A DNA stretch of 64,000 bases from an uncultured Planctomycetales bacterium (lineage in GTDB: Bacteria; Omnitrophota; Gorgyraeia; Gygaellales; Profunditerraquicolaceae), in assembly GCA_964542785.1 (NCBI GenBank), contig CAZIUK010000001.1:69115-133114 (forward strand), in the 5' to 3' direction. Below are positions 29,605-39,674 of this stretch, piece after piece; the first letter of the stretch is position 1; every line of letters begins with the position of its first letter. The position numbers and the translations under genes were made by a program. Below the pieces are notes generated by a model. The model saw only the letters and a list, made by a program, of their open reading frames with translations, had not been told where the DNA came from and did not search any database.

Positions 29605-30616
29605 CCTTATTACCAACGCAAAAGAAGCAGAAGAAGACCAGGTATTAAATATATCTTTACGTCCTAAGAGGTTTGCTGAATTTGTAGGGCATATGGATAT
29701 AATAGATAATCTAAAGGTTTCTATTCAGGCGGCAAAACAAAGGAGAGAGCCATTAGAGCATGTTTTATTAAGCGGCCCGCCGGGTTTAGGTAAAACATCG
29801 CTTTCACATATTATAGCCCATGAGGTTGGCTCTAAGATTACTGCAACTTCAGGCCCGGCTATTGAAAGGGCAGGGGATTTAATCGGGATCTTGACTAATC
29901 TAGAGAGAGGGGATATTCTTTTTATTGACGAGATACATAGGCTTTCTAAGGTGGTAGAAGAATTTCTCTATCCGGCAATGGAGACATTCCAGATAGACTT
30001 TATTATTGATAAAGGCCCGTATGCCAAAACGATAAAATTTAACCTTAAGCCTTTTACCTTGATAGGAGCGACTACCCGTACAGGGTTATTGGCTGCCCCT
30101 CTAAGAGGCAGGTTCGGTATTTTTTATACATTAGATTTTTATGAAGATAAGGATTTAGCTAGAATAATTAAAGCCTCCGCTAAGATTTTAGAGATAGGGA
30201 TTACAGAGGAAGCCGCCTTTGAGATATCTCGAAGGGCACGCGGGACTCCACGCATAGCAAACCGCCTTTTGCGCAGGATAAGGGATTACGCGCAGGTAGC
30301 TTCACTTTCTAAAATAGATATAGATATAGCCTCTAAGTCTTTAGATGGGCTTAGGATCGACGAAGCCGGGCTTGATGATTTAGACCGCAGGGTCTTAAGG
30401 TTAATTTTAGAATCATACGCAGGCGGGCCTGTAGGTATAGAGTCTTTAGCTGCCAGCCTTAATGAAGAAGCTGATACTATAGCCGATACTGTCGAGCCAT
30501 ATCTTCTTAAAGCCGGTTATCTTAAGCGTACTCCCCGCGGGCGGATTGCGACTAAATTGGCATTTGATCATTTTAAGATAAAATATACTAAAGACGCTCA
30601 GGAAGAGTTGTTTTAG
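29564..30616 (+). CDS. ruvB: Holliday junction branch migration helicase RuvB
   Basis: LRPKRFAEFVGH...LLSGPPGLGKTSLSHIIA Walker A, DEIHRL Walker B, and a C-terminal winged-helix region. Confidence 0.93.
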   Translation: MSQGEREALIKGNSLITNAKEAEEDQVLNISLRPKRFAEFVGHMDIIDNLKVSIQAAKQRREPLEHVLLSGPPGLGKTSLSHIIAHEVGSKITATSGPAIERAGDLIGILTNLERGDILFIDEIHRLSKVVEEFLYPAMETFQIDFIIDKGPYAKTIKFNLKPFTLIGATTRTGLLAAPLRGRFGIFYTLDFYEDKDLARIIKASAKILEIGITEEAAFEISRRARGTPRIANRLLRRIRDYAQVASLSKIDIDIASKSLDGLRIDEAGLDDLDRRVLRLILESYAGGPVGIESLAASLNEEADTIADTVEPYLLKAGYLKRTPRGRIATKLAFDHFKIKYTKDAQEELF

Positions 30617-30626
30617 GTAGTTATAA

Positions 30627-31160
30627 ATGAGACTCCTTATTCATATTTGCTGTGGGCCTTGCCTTATTCATCCTTTAGAAGTATTGAATCTTAAAGGTTT
30701 TAAGGTATTTGGGCTATTCTACAACCCTAATATCCATCCTTTTCTTGAGTATAATCAAAGAAAGGATGTGTTATCTAAGGCAGGTTTTGATATAGATTTA
30801 ATTTTTTCCGAATACCTTCCGCAGGAATTTTTTAGGGTGTTAAGTTTTAAAGAAGACGTTCCTGTAAGATGTTTAGCATGTTGGAGGTTAAGGCTTAAAA
30901 AAACAGCCGCAATAGCTAAGCTTAATGGTTTTGATTATTTTACTACAACACTTTTAGCAAGCCCTTATCAGGACCATCAGGCGTTAAAAAGAATCGGTGA
31001 TGAAGTATCCAGGGAAGAAGAAGTTAAGTTTTATTACCTTGATTTCAGGCCCGGTTTTAGAAAGGCGCATGAAGAAGCTAGGGCTAAAGGTTTATACATG
31101 CAGAAATACTGCGGTTGTATTTATTCAGAAATAGAAAGGTATACTAAGAAAAATAAATGA
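30627..31160 (+). CDS. queH: epoxyqueuosine reductase QueH (DUF208 family)
   Basis: LLIHICCGPC N-terminal Cys motif and the C-terminal CGC of QueH. 177 aa. Same co-directional block as queA and tgt. Confidence 0.8.
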   Translation: MRLLIHICCGPCLIHPLEVLNLKGFKVFGLFYNPNIHPFLEYNQRKDVLSKAGFDIDLIFSEYLPQEFFRVLSFKEDVPVRCLACWRLRLKKTAAIAKLNGFDYFTTTLLASPYQDHQALKRIGDEVSREEEVKFYYLDFRPGFRKAHEEARAKGLYMQKYCGCIYSEIERYTKKNK

Positions 31161-32338
31161 AAAGAAGGGCATTCTTATTCAGGGTATTTATTTTAGCTTT
31201 ATTTTTAGTTGTCTCTTTAGGTTTATTTACTCCTTCTTTCTCAGGGAGCGTTCCTAAAGGTGTATGGGTAAGCGTGTTTTCAGTAAATAAAGTCCTTTAT
31301 TCTAAGGAGGCGGTAAAGAAGCTTATCTTGCTTTGTAAGGAGGCAAAAATAAGCCATATATATCTGCAAGTCTATCAATCAGGTCAGGCTTATTATGATA
31401 CTAAGGAGTTTAGTCGTTTAAAGTATGAAGAAATTTTGAAGATTTCAGGGGAGGATACAATAGATTTTTTATTAAAAGAAGCCAAGGCAAACGATATCCA
31501 GGTTTTTGCTTGGATTAACTTATTAAGTCTAGGGAATAATTTGAATGCGGATATAATAAAGAAGTTTGGCAAAGATGTTTTAACTAAAGACCGGTACCTA
31601 AGGCCTTCTGGAAGGGGGGAGTCTAATGACTCCGATAAGTATTATTTGAGGGAAGAGCTTTTGTTTTTAGAGCCGGGAGATCAGAGAGTGGTAAAATTTT
31701 TAACTTCTCTTGTAGAAGAGCTCGTAGATAGATACCCTTCATTTAGTGGTGTTCATCTTGATTACACGCGTTATCCGATGACAGTTCCGTTTATCCCGGG
31801 TTCAAGGTTTACTAACTATGGCTTAAGTTATGGTTATGGAGTTAAGAATATGGAGAGATTTAAGGATTGGGCGCGGCTTGATCCGCTTACGGGATTAAAT
31901 ACGCCTAAGGATTATATGCTTTGGGATGATTGGCGAAGAAACCAAATAACCGCCTTGGTAAGAAGTATAGCTAAGAGCGTAAAAGAAAGATCTAAAGAGT
32001 TGTTAGTCTCTTCTGCGGTAGTAGCTTCTTCAGAGAGGGCTTATTCAAGCTTATTTCAAGATTGGCCGTTATGGCTTGAAGAAGGAATATTAGACTATGT
32101 TGTAATTATGAATTATACGATTGACAATCGGCTCGCTAAAGAATTAACCTTAGCGTCTTTGGCCTTAAAGGCAAAGGGGAAGGTTTTTATAGGTTTAGGA
32201 TTATATTTGATGAAGGAGAACGTAAATGTCTTTATATCGCAATATAAGGCTATAGAAGCCCTTAGCCCCGATGGAATAGTAATATTCTCTTACGATGATA
32301 TAACAGATAGCCTTGTTAAATGCTTAAGCACTTCTTAG
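31157..32338 (+). CDS. secreted/lipoprotein glycoside-hydrolase-like family 10 (GHL10/DUF4015-like TIM barrel) protein
   Basis: N-terminal signal/TM segment, then a TIM-barrel-like region with an HLDYTRYP-type motif characteristic of the GHL10/YngK-like family. Sits between queH and queA. Confidence 0.5.
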   Translation: MKRRAFLFRVFILALFLVVSLGLFTPSFSGSVPKGVWVSVFSVNKVLYSKEAVKKLILLCKEAKISHIYLQVYQSGQAYYDTKEFSRLKYEEILKISGEDTIDFLLKEAKANDIQVFAWINLLSLGNNLNADIIKKFGKDVLTKDRYLRPSGRGESNDSDKYYLREELLFLEPGDQRVVKFLTSLVEELVDRYPSFSGVHLDYTRYPMTVPFIPGSRFTNYGLSYGYGVKNMERFKDWARLDPLTGLNTPKDYMLWDDWRRNQITALVRSIAKSVKERSKELLVSSAVVASSERAYSSLFQDWPLWLEEGILDYVVIMNYTIDNRLAKELTLASLALKAKGKVFIGLGLYLMKENVNVFISQYKAIEALSPDGIVIFSYDDITDSLVKCLSTS

Positions 32339-32359
32339 CCTTCCGGTATTAAATACATA

Positions 32360-33349
32360 ATGAAGCTTTCAACCTTTGATTATTCTTTACCCGTAGATTT
32401 GATTGCGCAGTATCCTTTAAAGGAGCGCACTTTGGCTAAGCTTTTGGTAGTTGACCGCAAGAACAAGAGTATATTGCATAAGGATTTTAAGGATTTTGTA
32501 ACTCTTCTTAATAAAGGCGAGCTTCTCCTCCTTAATGATACGCGCGTGCTTACTTGTCGTTTAACCGGACGCAAGGCAACCGGAGGCAAGGTAGAGGTAT
32601 TGTTAATTAAACGCAAAGATGGCAGTAGGTTTGAGGCTTTAATCCAGCCTAGTCGTACAAAGATAGGGGAGAGGATATTTTTTCCCCCAATGGAGGTCGT
32701 GGGGGTGGTAACTTCTTTTAAGGAGGTATCTTTTAAAAAGAAGGATGCGGATAATATCTACCAATTTGGTCAGGTCCCGCTTCCTCCGTATATAAAAAGA
32801 GCGCCCGAAGAGTTAGATAAAGATTATTATCAAACAGTTTATGCTAAAAAAGATGGTGCAATTGCTTCTCCTACGGCAGGCTTGCATTTTACTCATCAGA
32901 TGCTTAAAGAGATAGAGTCTTTAGGGATAGATATAGCCTACCTTACTCTGCATGTAGGGTTGGGTACATTTAAACCGGTTAGAACTGATGATATAACTAA
33001 GCATAATATGGACCCGGAGTATTTTAAGATCCCTAAAATCACTCAGGAGAAGATTAAAGCGGCTAAGGCTTCTAAAAAAAGGATTATAGCGGTAGGGACG
33101 ACTTCTTTAAGGGCATTAGAGGCATATGCAGCAGGATTAAGCGAAGGTTTTACTAATCTATTTATTTACCCGGGATTTAAATTTAAGCTTGCTGATTGTT
33201 TGCTTACTAATTTTCATTTACCTAAGACCACGCTTTTTATGCTGGTATCCGCTTTTGCCAAAGAAGATTTAATCAAAAAGTCCTACAAGGAGGCGATAGA
33301 TAACCGCTATAGATTTTATAGTTACGGCGATGCAATGTTTATAATGTAG
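32360..33349 (+). CDS. queA: S-adenosylmethionine:tRNA ribosyltransferase-isomerase
   Basis: KLSTFDYSLPVDLIAQYPL N-terminus and the GTTSxRALE motif. 329 aa. Confidence 0.92.
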   Translation: MKLSTFDYSLPVDLIAQYPLKERTLAKLLVVDRKNKSILHKDFKDFVTLLNKGELLLLNDTRVLTCRLTGRKATGGKVEVLLIKRKDGSRFEALIQPSRTKIGERIFFPPMEVVGVVTSFKEVSFKKKDADNIYQFGQVPLPPYIKRAPEELDKDYYQTVYAKKDGAIASPTAGLHFTHQMLKEIESLGIDIAYLTLHVGLGTFKPVRTDDITKHNMDPEYFKIPKITQEKIKAAKASKKRIIAVGTTSLRALEAYAAGLSEGFTNLFIYPGFKFKLADCLLTNFHLPKTTLFMLVSAFAKEDLIKKSYKEAIDNRYRFYSYGDAMFIM

Positions 33350-34480
<1,131 letters not shown>

Positions 34481-34483
34481 CAA

Positions 34484-35179
34484 ATGAGGATAGATATAAT
34501 AACTATATTTCCAAGGATGTTTGATTGTGTCTTAAATGAGTCTATAATGAAGCGCGCGCAGGCTAAAAGAAAGGTGAAGTTTTATATTCATGATTTAAGA
34601 GACTATACGCAAGATAAGCATAGAAAGGTTGACGACCGCCCTTTTGGGGGGGGATCAGGCATGGTTATGCGCCCTGAACCGATATTTAATTGTGTTGAGA
34701 AGATAAAATCTAAAATAAAAAGAGCTAAGGTTATACTCTTCTCTGTGCAGGGGCAGGTATTTAATCAGGCTTCTGCTAAAAAGTTTGCTGAGCTTAAGAA
34801 TTTTATACTTATTTGTGGGCATTATGAGGGAGTGGATGAAAGGGTTAGAAGTTATTTAGTTGATGAAGAGGTCTCTATAGGGGATTATATTTTAACCGGA
34901 GGAGAGTTGCCGGCAATGACCTTTATAGACGCGGTAGTAAGGTTATTGCCGGGGGTGTTGGGAGACAAAAATTCCTTGAATTTTGAGTCTTTTGAAGGTA
35001 ATCTATTAGAATATCCGCATTATACTAGGCCGGCTAACTATAAAAATATGAGTGTCCCCAAGGTTCTACTTTCCGGAGACCATAAAAAAATCAGCTTTTG
35101 GAGGAAGAAAGAATCTATTAGGGTGACGGCGGAGCGCAGGCCCGATCTTTTTAAAAAACAAGTTAAGGAGGAGAAATGA
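34484..35179 (+). CDS. trmD: tRNA (guanine37-N1)-methyltransferase
   Basis: [14 protein letters not shown] start and SPOUT knot motifs. 231 aa. Upstream of rplS as usual. Confidence 0.92.
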   Translation: MRIDIITIFPRMFDCVLNESIMKRAQAKRKVKFYIHDLRDYTQDKHRKVDDRPFGGGSGMVMRPEPIFNCVEKIKSKIKRAKVILFSVQGQVFNQASAKKFAELKNFILICGHYEGVDERVRSYLVDEEVSIGDYILTGGELPAMTFIDAVVRLLPGVLGDKNSLNFESFEGNLLEYPHYTRPANYKNMSVPKVLLSGDHKKISFWRKKESIRVTAERRPDLFKKQVKEEK

Positions 35180-35523
35180 ACAAGGTTAATTTAGAGAAAT
35201 TGTTATTTGTTAAAAAAGAGCATCCTGCATTTAATGTGGGAGATACCATAAAGGTATTTACTAGGATACCTGAAGGCCCGGACAAATTTCGCCTCCATCC
35301 TTTTGAAGGGGTAGTTATCGCAAGGGAGGGTAAGGGGGTTAGTGAGCATTTTACGATTAGAAAGGTCTCTTATGGCGAGGGGATTGAAAGGGTCTTTCCG
35401 CTTAATTCTCCTAGTATTGAGCGTATAGAGGTTATCCGTTTAGGCAAGGTAAGACGGGCAAAGCTCTACTATTTAAGGGGAAAATTCGGCAAACGCGCCA
35501 CTAAGATAGCAAGTAAAGAATAA
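35176..35523 (+). CDS. rplS: 50S ribosomal protein L19
   Basis: 115 aa. FNVGDTIKV...[11 protein letters not shown]. Follows trmD. Confidence 0.92.
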   Translation: MNKVNLEKLLFVKKEHPAFNVGDTIKVFTRIPEGPDKFRLHPFEGVVIAREGKGVSEHFTIRKVSYGEGIERVFPLNSPSIERIEVIRLGKVRRAKLYYLRGKFGKRATKIASKE

Positions 35524-35535
35524 ACTTTACCTGCT

Positions 35536-36138
35536 ATGCTCTATTACGAGCGCAGACTCAAGCGTTTAGGGTATAAGTTTATTATAGGGGTGGATGAGGC
35601 TGGTAGGGGGCCTTTGGCCGGCCCGGTAGTAGCTGCCGCGGTATTGCTAAAGAAGCATACCTTTAGAAATATTATTAATGATTCAAAAGTATTAACACCT
35701 TTAGCAAGGGGTAAGGCTTTTACGGAGATTAAAAAGCACTCTTTAATTGGTGTAGGGATTGTAGGTGAAAAGGTAATAGACAAGATTAATATTCTTAAAG
35801 CTACACACCTTGCTATTCAAAAGGCAGTGCGTTCCTTGATAAAGAAGTTAAGTAAGGTAAATACGAATAAGGCTTATATTATTATTGACGGGAATATGTC
35901 TTTAAATCTGCCATTGCCATATCTATCTATTATCCGGGGGGATGCTAAGTCTAAGAGTATAGCTGCTGCTTCTATTATTGCTAAGGTTACAAGGGATAGG
36001 ATAATGCTTGCTTATGATCGCATTTATCCTGAATACGGATTTAAGGCGCATAAGGGTTATCCTACAAAAGAACATAAAGAAATGCTAAAGAGGTTAGGGC
36101 CTTTGTCTGTACACAGGAGAAGTTTTTTAGATGGCTAA
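35536..36138 (+). CDS. rnhB: ribonuclease HII
   Basis: IIGVDEAGRGPLAGPVVAAAV catalytic motif. 200 aa. Confidence 0.92.
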   Translation: MLYYERRLKRLGYKFIIGVDEAGRGPLAGPVVAAAVLLKKHTFRNIINDSKVLTPLARGKAFTEIKKHSLIGVGIVGEKVIDKINILKATHLAIQKAVRSLIKKLSKVNTNKAYIIIDGNMSLNLPLPYLSIIRGDAKSKSIAAASIIAKVTRDRIMLAYDRIYPEYGFKAHKGYPTKEHKEMLKRLGPLSVHRRSFLDG

Positions 36139-36511
36139 AGAAGAATTAAACCTTGGTAAAAACGGTGAGGACTTAGCGGTAGGATTTATTAAGGGTAAGG
36201 GGTATAAAATAATAGCGCGAAGGTATAAAGTTAAGTTTGGGGAGATAGATATAGTAGCATTAGATAAAGATACTTTATGTTTTATAGAAGTAAAATCCCG
36301 TAGGAGCAGTAGGTTTGGTTTAGCAAAAGAAGCTGTCTCTTCTTTAAAGCAGAGGAGGATATCCAAGGTAGCTCTAAATTTTCTTAAAGAAAATTCTCTG
36401 TTAAAGGAAAAGGCGAGGTTTGATGTAGTTTCTGTAGATTTTTCTTCTGCTCCTTTTAAGATAAATTTAATTAAAGACGCCTTTGAGCTTAGTAGCGGTT
36501 TTAATTACTAA
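36131..36511 (+). CDS. yraN: YraN/UPF0102-family endonuclease
   Basis: GEIDIVALD....FIEVKSR motif. 126 aa. Conserved rnhB-yraN pairing. Confidence 0.8.
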   Translation: MAKEELNLGKNGEDLAVGFIKGKGYKIIARRYKVKFGEIDIVALDKDTLCFIEVKSRRSSRFGLAKEAVSSLKQRRISKVALNFLKENSLLKEKARFDVVSVDFSSAPFKINLIKDAFELSSGFNY

Positions 36512-36515
36512 AAAT

Positions 36516-37076
36516 ATGTATAAAGATAAAACCCTTGAGGATTATATTAAAGAGCTTTCATCTAGGCTCCCTGTTCCGGGGGGAGGGTCTGCCGCCGCAT
36601 TATGCGCTGCTATGGCTGCAGCCTTAATGAGTATGGTGATAAATTTTACCTTAGGTAATCCTAAGTTTGTAAAGCATGAGAGCAAGTTAAAAGAGGCTTT
36701 AAGCCAAAGCGAGCGGTTTAGAAAAGAATTTATACGTTTAGTTGATTTAGACGCGGTTGCCTATAAATCTAAAAATATAAGGGATGCGGTGAAAGTGCCT
36801 TTTATGGTTGCTAGGTTCTGTTTTGAAGGGATAAAGTTGGCTTCTTCGCTTACAAAGAAGAGTAACCCTAAATTAATAAGCGATCTTGCTATTGCGGCAG
36901 CTCTTTTTGAAGCAGGGTTCTTCTCTTCCGTTTTTAATATTAAGATTAATTTAAAGAGTTTAGATGATAAGGTGTTTTCTCGTGCTATTAATTCTGAGAT
37001 TAGTAAAAAATCAGCAGTAGTTAGAAAAATAAGGCTTAAGATGGAGGGGGATTTTGGCAACATTATTAGAGGGTAG
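36516..37076 (+). CDS. formiminotransferase-cyclodeaminase C-domain-like protein, probably methenyl-THF cyclohydrolase (FchA-like)
   Basis: PVPGGGSAAALCAAMAAALMSMV motif of the FTCD_C / cyclodeaminase-cyclohydrolase family. The track ORF begins at a TTG (36483) overlapping yraN, so the ATG at 36516 is preferred. Overlaps folD. Confidence 0.65.
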   Translation: MYKDKTLEDYIKELSSRLPVPGGGSAAALCAAMAAALMSMVINFTLGNPKFVKHESKLKEALSQSERFRKEFIRLVDLDAVAYKSKNIRDAVKVPFMVARFCFEGIKLASSLTKKSNPKLISDLAIAAALFEAGFFSSVFNIKINLKSLDDKVFSRAINSEISKKSAVVRKIRLKMEGDFGNIIRG

Positions 37077-37923
37077 GTTAATCGCAGAGAGGATAAAAGA
37101 AGATTTAAGAGGGCGTATCTTTTCCTTAAAAGTAAAGCCTGTTTTAGCGAGTATTATTGTCGGAGAAAATTTAAGCTCGCAAAGCTATCTTAACGCCCAG
37201 TCTAAACTTGCCCGGGAGTTAGGGATTGAATACCAACCTTATAATTTGTCTCTTTCTACTACCGAGAGAGGCCTCTTGGATTTTATAGGCGAATTAAATT
37301 TAAATAAATCTATAAACGGAATTATCTTGCAAAGCCCGCTGCCCGAAGATATTAATTATAAAAAGGCAGTGGCTTCTATTGATTTGGTTAAGGATGTTGA
37401 GGGTATGCATCCTGATAATTTAGGTAAAATTATGCTCGGGGAAAAGAGTGTTCTTCCATGCACGCCTGCTGCAGTTATGGAATTAATTGCAGGAAGCAAT
37501 ATAGATTTATACGGTAAAGAGGTAGTTATCGTTGGGCATAGCCGGATAATAGGCAGGCCATTAGCGCTTTTATTGTTACAAAAGATGGCTACTGTTGCAG
37601 TATGCCATATAGCCACAAGCGAATCCGGAAGGCTTAAAGAGCATGTTAGTAGGGCAGAGGTATTAGTCTCTTCCGCGGGTATCCCTAATTTAATTAAAGG
37701 GGATTGGGTTAAAGAGGGCTCTGTAGTAATAGATGTGGGGATTAATCGGGTAAAAGATAGAACCGTAGGAGACGTGGAATTTGATAGCGCAGAAAAAAGA
37801 GCTTCTTTTATTACGCCGGTTCCCGGGGGCGTTGGGCCTTTAACCGTTACTATGCTTATGCGTAATTTAGTTGAGGCAACAATTATACAAGAACGTTCTA
37901 GGGAAGAGAAGCGGGGAATATAA
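37054..37923 (+). CDS. folD: bifunctional 5,10-methylene-THF dehydrogenase / 5,10-methenyl-THF cyclohydrolase
   Basis: IIVGENLSSQSY, PCTPAAVMEL, and GHSRIIGRPLALLL Rossmann motifs. TTG start. 289 aa. Confidence 0.9.
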   Translation: MATLLEGRLIAERIKEDLRGRIFSLKVKPVLASIIVGENLSSQSYLNAQSKLARELGIEYQPYNLSLSTTERGLLDFIGELNLNKSINGIILQSPLPEDINYKKAVASIDLVKDVEGMHPDNLGKIMLGEKSVLPCTPAAVMELIAGSNIDLYGKEVVIVGHSRIIGRPLALLLLQKMATVAVCHIATSESGRLKEHVSRAEVLVSSAGIPNLIKGDWVKEGSVVIDVGINRVKDRTVGDVEFDSAEKRASFITPVPGGVGPLTVTMLMRNLVEATIIQERSREEKRGI

Positions 37924-38793
37924 ATGAGTTTTAGAGAAAAATTACATTCAGGAAAGTTTATAGTAACCTCTGAGGTTGGTCCACCTAAGGGTATAGAGAC
38001 TAAGCAGATAATTGAGGAGGCTGAGCTTATCCGTGACAGGGTTGATGCCTTTAATGTAACTGACCTGCAGAGTTCTGTTTTGCGGTTAGGTTCATTAGCA
38101 GTTTCGCGCATCTTAAGAGAAAAGGGGCTTGAGCCGATATATCAATTAACCTGTCGTGACCGTAATCGCTTGGCATTGCAGTCAGACCTTTTGTCCGCGG
38201 CAGCTTTAGGCATAGAAAATATTTTGATATTGACCGGAGATTATACTACAGCAGGAGACCACCCAGAAGCTAAGCCGGTGTTTGATTTAGACTCAGTACA
38301 ACTGCTTCAGGCGGCAAGCATGCTTGAAAACGGGTCTGATTTAAAAGGCAATAGGTTAACCGGAAAACATCCGGATTTTTGTTTAGGAGCTGTAGTTAAT
38401 CCGGGGGCAGACCCTTTAGAGCCAGAGATTATAAAGATGGAAAAAAAGATATCTGCAGGGGCAGAATTCTTTCAGACTCAGGCGGTTTATGACCTTAAGG
38501 TTTTTGAAGATTTTTTAAAGAAGGCAAGGCATCTTAATACTAAGATTTTAGCAGGAATAGTTATTTTAAAGTCAGCAGCCATGGCTAAGTATATGAACGA
38601 AAATGTAGCCGGGGTTGTGGTCCCTGAAATTTTAATAAAAGAGATGGAGGGGGCTACGGATAAAAGAGCTAAGGCTATAGAGATAGCCTCAAGCCTTATA
38701 AAAAAGCTAAGGCCGATGTGCGACGGAGTGCATATTATGCCTATCGGCTTAGGGAGACTATTGCCTGAAATCTTAGACGCTTGCGGGTTATGA
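37924..38793 (+). CDS. metF: 5,10-methylenetetrahydrofolate reductase (MetF family)
   Basis: MTHFR TIM-barrel pattern (FIVTSEVGPPKG, ...CRDRNRLALQSDLLSAAALGIENILILTGD...). 289 aa. Immediately follows folD with no gap. Confidence 0.8.
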   Translation: MSFREKLHSGKFIVTSEVGPPKGIETKQIIEEAELIRDRVDAFNVTDLQSSVLRLGSLAVSRILREKGLEPIYQLTCRDRNRLALQSDLLSAAALGIENILILTGDYTTAGDHPEAKPVFDLDSVQLLQAASMLENGSDLKGNRLTGKHPDFCLGAVVNPGADPLEPEIIKMEKKISAGAEFFQTQAVYDLKVFEDFLKKARHLNTKILAGIVILKSAAMAKYMNENVAGVVVPEILIKEMEGATDKRAKAIEIASSLIKKLRPMCDGVHIMPIGLGRLLPEILDACGL

Positions 38794-39674
38794 TGGGTAA
38801 TGTAGTTATTATAGGAGCTTCAGCATCGGGACATAATATCGCCTTAGGGTTAAAGGATAAGCATAGGGATTGTAATGTAGCTTTACTTAGCCAAGAAGAT
38901 TATCCTTCCTATGACCATTTAAAGATACCAGATTTAATAAGCGGAATAGTAAAAGAAAAAGATATATTTTTATGCGACGAGGATTTTTATCAGAAAGCAG
39001 GAATTAATTTTTTAAAGAATAAAAAAGTATCCGGTATAAATACGGAAAAGTCTTTAGTATATTTTAAGGATAGAGGGAGTATTAATTATGACATTTTAGT
39101 TATTGCTTCTGGTAGAAGCCCTGTTATCCCGGATATACCCGGGGCTAGAAAAGTAGGCGCTTATCGTTTATATACCTTAGATGATACTAAAGAGTTTCTT
39201 AAGCGTTTTATAGCACATCCGGTATGTATAGTTGGCTTAAATAGCCTGGCCTTAAAAGTTGCAGAAGCGATAATGGATAGGTACGCAGTAGAGGTTAAAA
39301 TTTTAAGTTCTCTTACGCTTGCTTATTCAGATTTGCCTGGAAAGATAGAGGTTATCTGCGATTCTTTAGTTGAGGTTATTGGCGAAGGAGAGGTGCAGGC
39401 AATAAAGCTTAAGAGCGGTAAAGCCTTAGGGGTATGCGCAGTTTTATTTATGGATAATTATAAATCAAATATTGATTTTTTAAAGAATACAGAGGTATTG
39501 GTTAAGGATGATTTTATAGTAGTTGATAAAAATATGGCTACTAATTACGATAATATCTTTGCCTGCGGAAGCGTTGTAGGCAAGAAGAGCGTATCTTTAA
39601 GCTTGAACTTGGTGGATAGTATAATTAGTAGGTTAGGAAGAGAAGATGCTAGTAGAGTCGTTACAAGCTTCTGA
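38781..39674 (+). CDS. pyridine-nucleotide-disulfide-oxidoreductase-like flavoprotein homologue, short, with degenerate dinucleotide-binding motifs
   Basis: Overall Nox/CoA-disulfide-reductase-like pattern ending in the FAD motif NIFACGSV. Both Gly-rich loops are non-canonical (VVIIGASASGHN and CIVGLNSLALKVA). There is no C-terminal dimerisation domain. Overlaps metF by 13 nt and the ACS-like gene by 29 nt. Confidence 0.55.
   Translation: MRVMMGNVVIIGASASGHNIALGLKDKHRDCNVALLSQEDYPSYDHLKIPDLISGIVKEKDIFLCDEDFYQKAGINFLKNKKVSGINTEKSLVYFKDRGSINYDILVIASGRSPVIPDIPGARKVGAYRLYTLDDTKEFLKRFIAHPVCIVGLNSLALKVAEAIMDRYAVEVKILSSLTLAYSDLPGKIEVICDSLVEVIGEGEVQAIKLKSGKALGVCAVLFMDNYKSNIDFLKNTEVLVKDDFIVVDKNMATNYDNIFACGSVVGKKSVSLSLNLVDSIISRLGREDASRVVTSF

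Noticed and set aside
36483-36515. TTG start proposed by the ORF track for the FTCD-like gene
   Set aside because: It would overlap yraN by 29 nt. An in-frame ATG at 36516, directly after the yraN stop, gives a typical N-terminus (MYKDKTLEDY...).
37356-38111. 251-aa minus-strand ORF
   Set aside because: Antisense to folD and metF, both well supported. Typical shadow ORF in an AT-rich genome.
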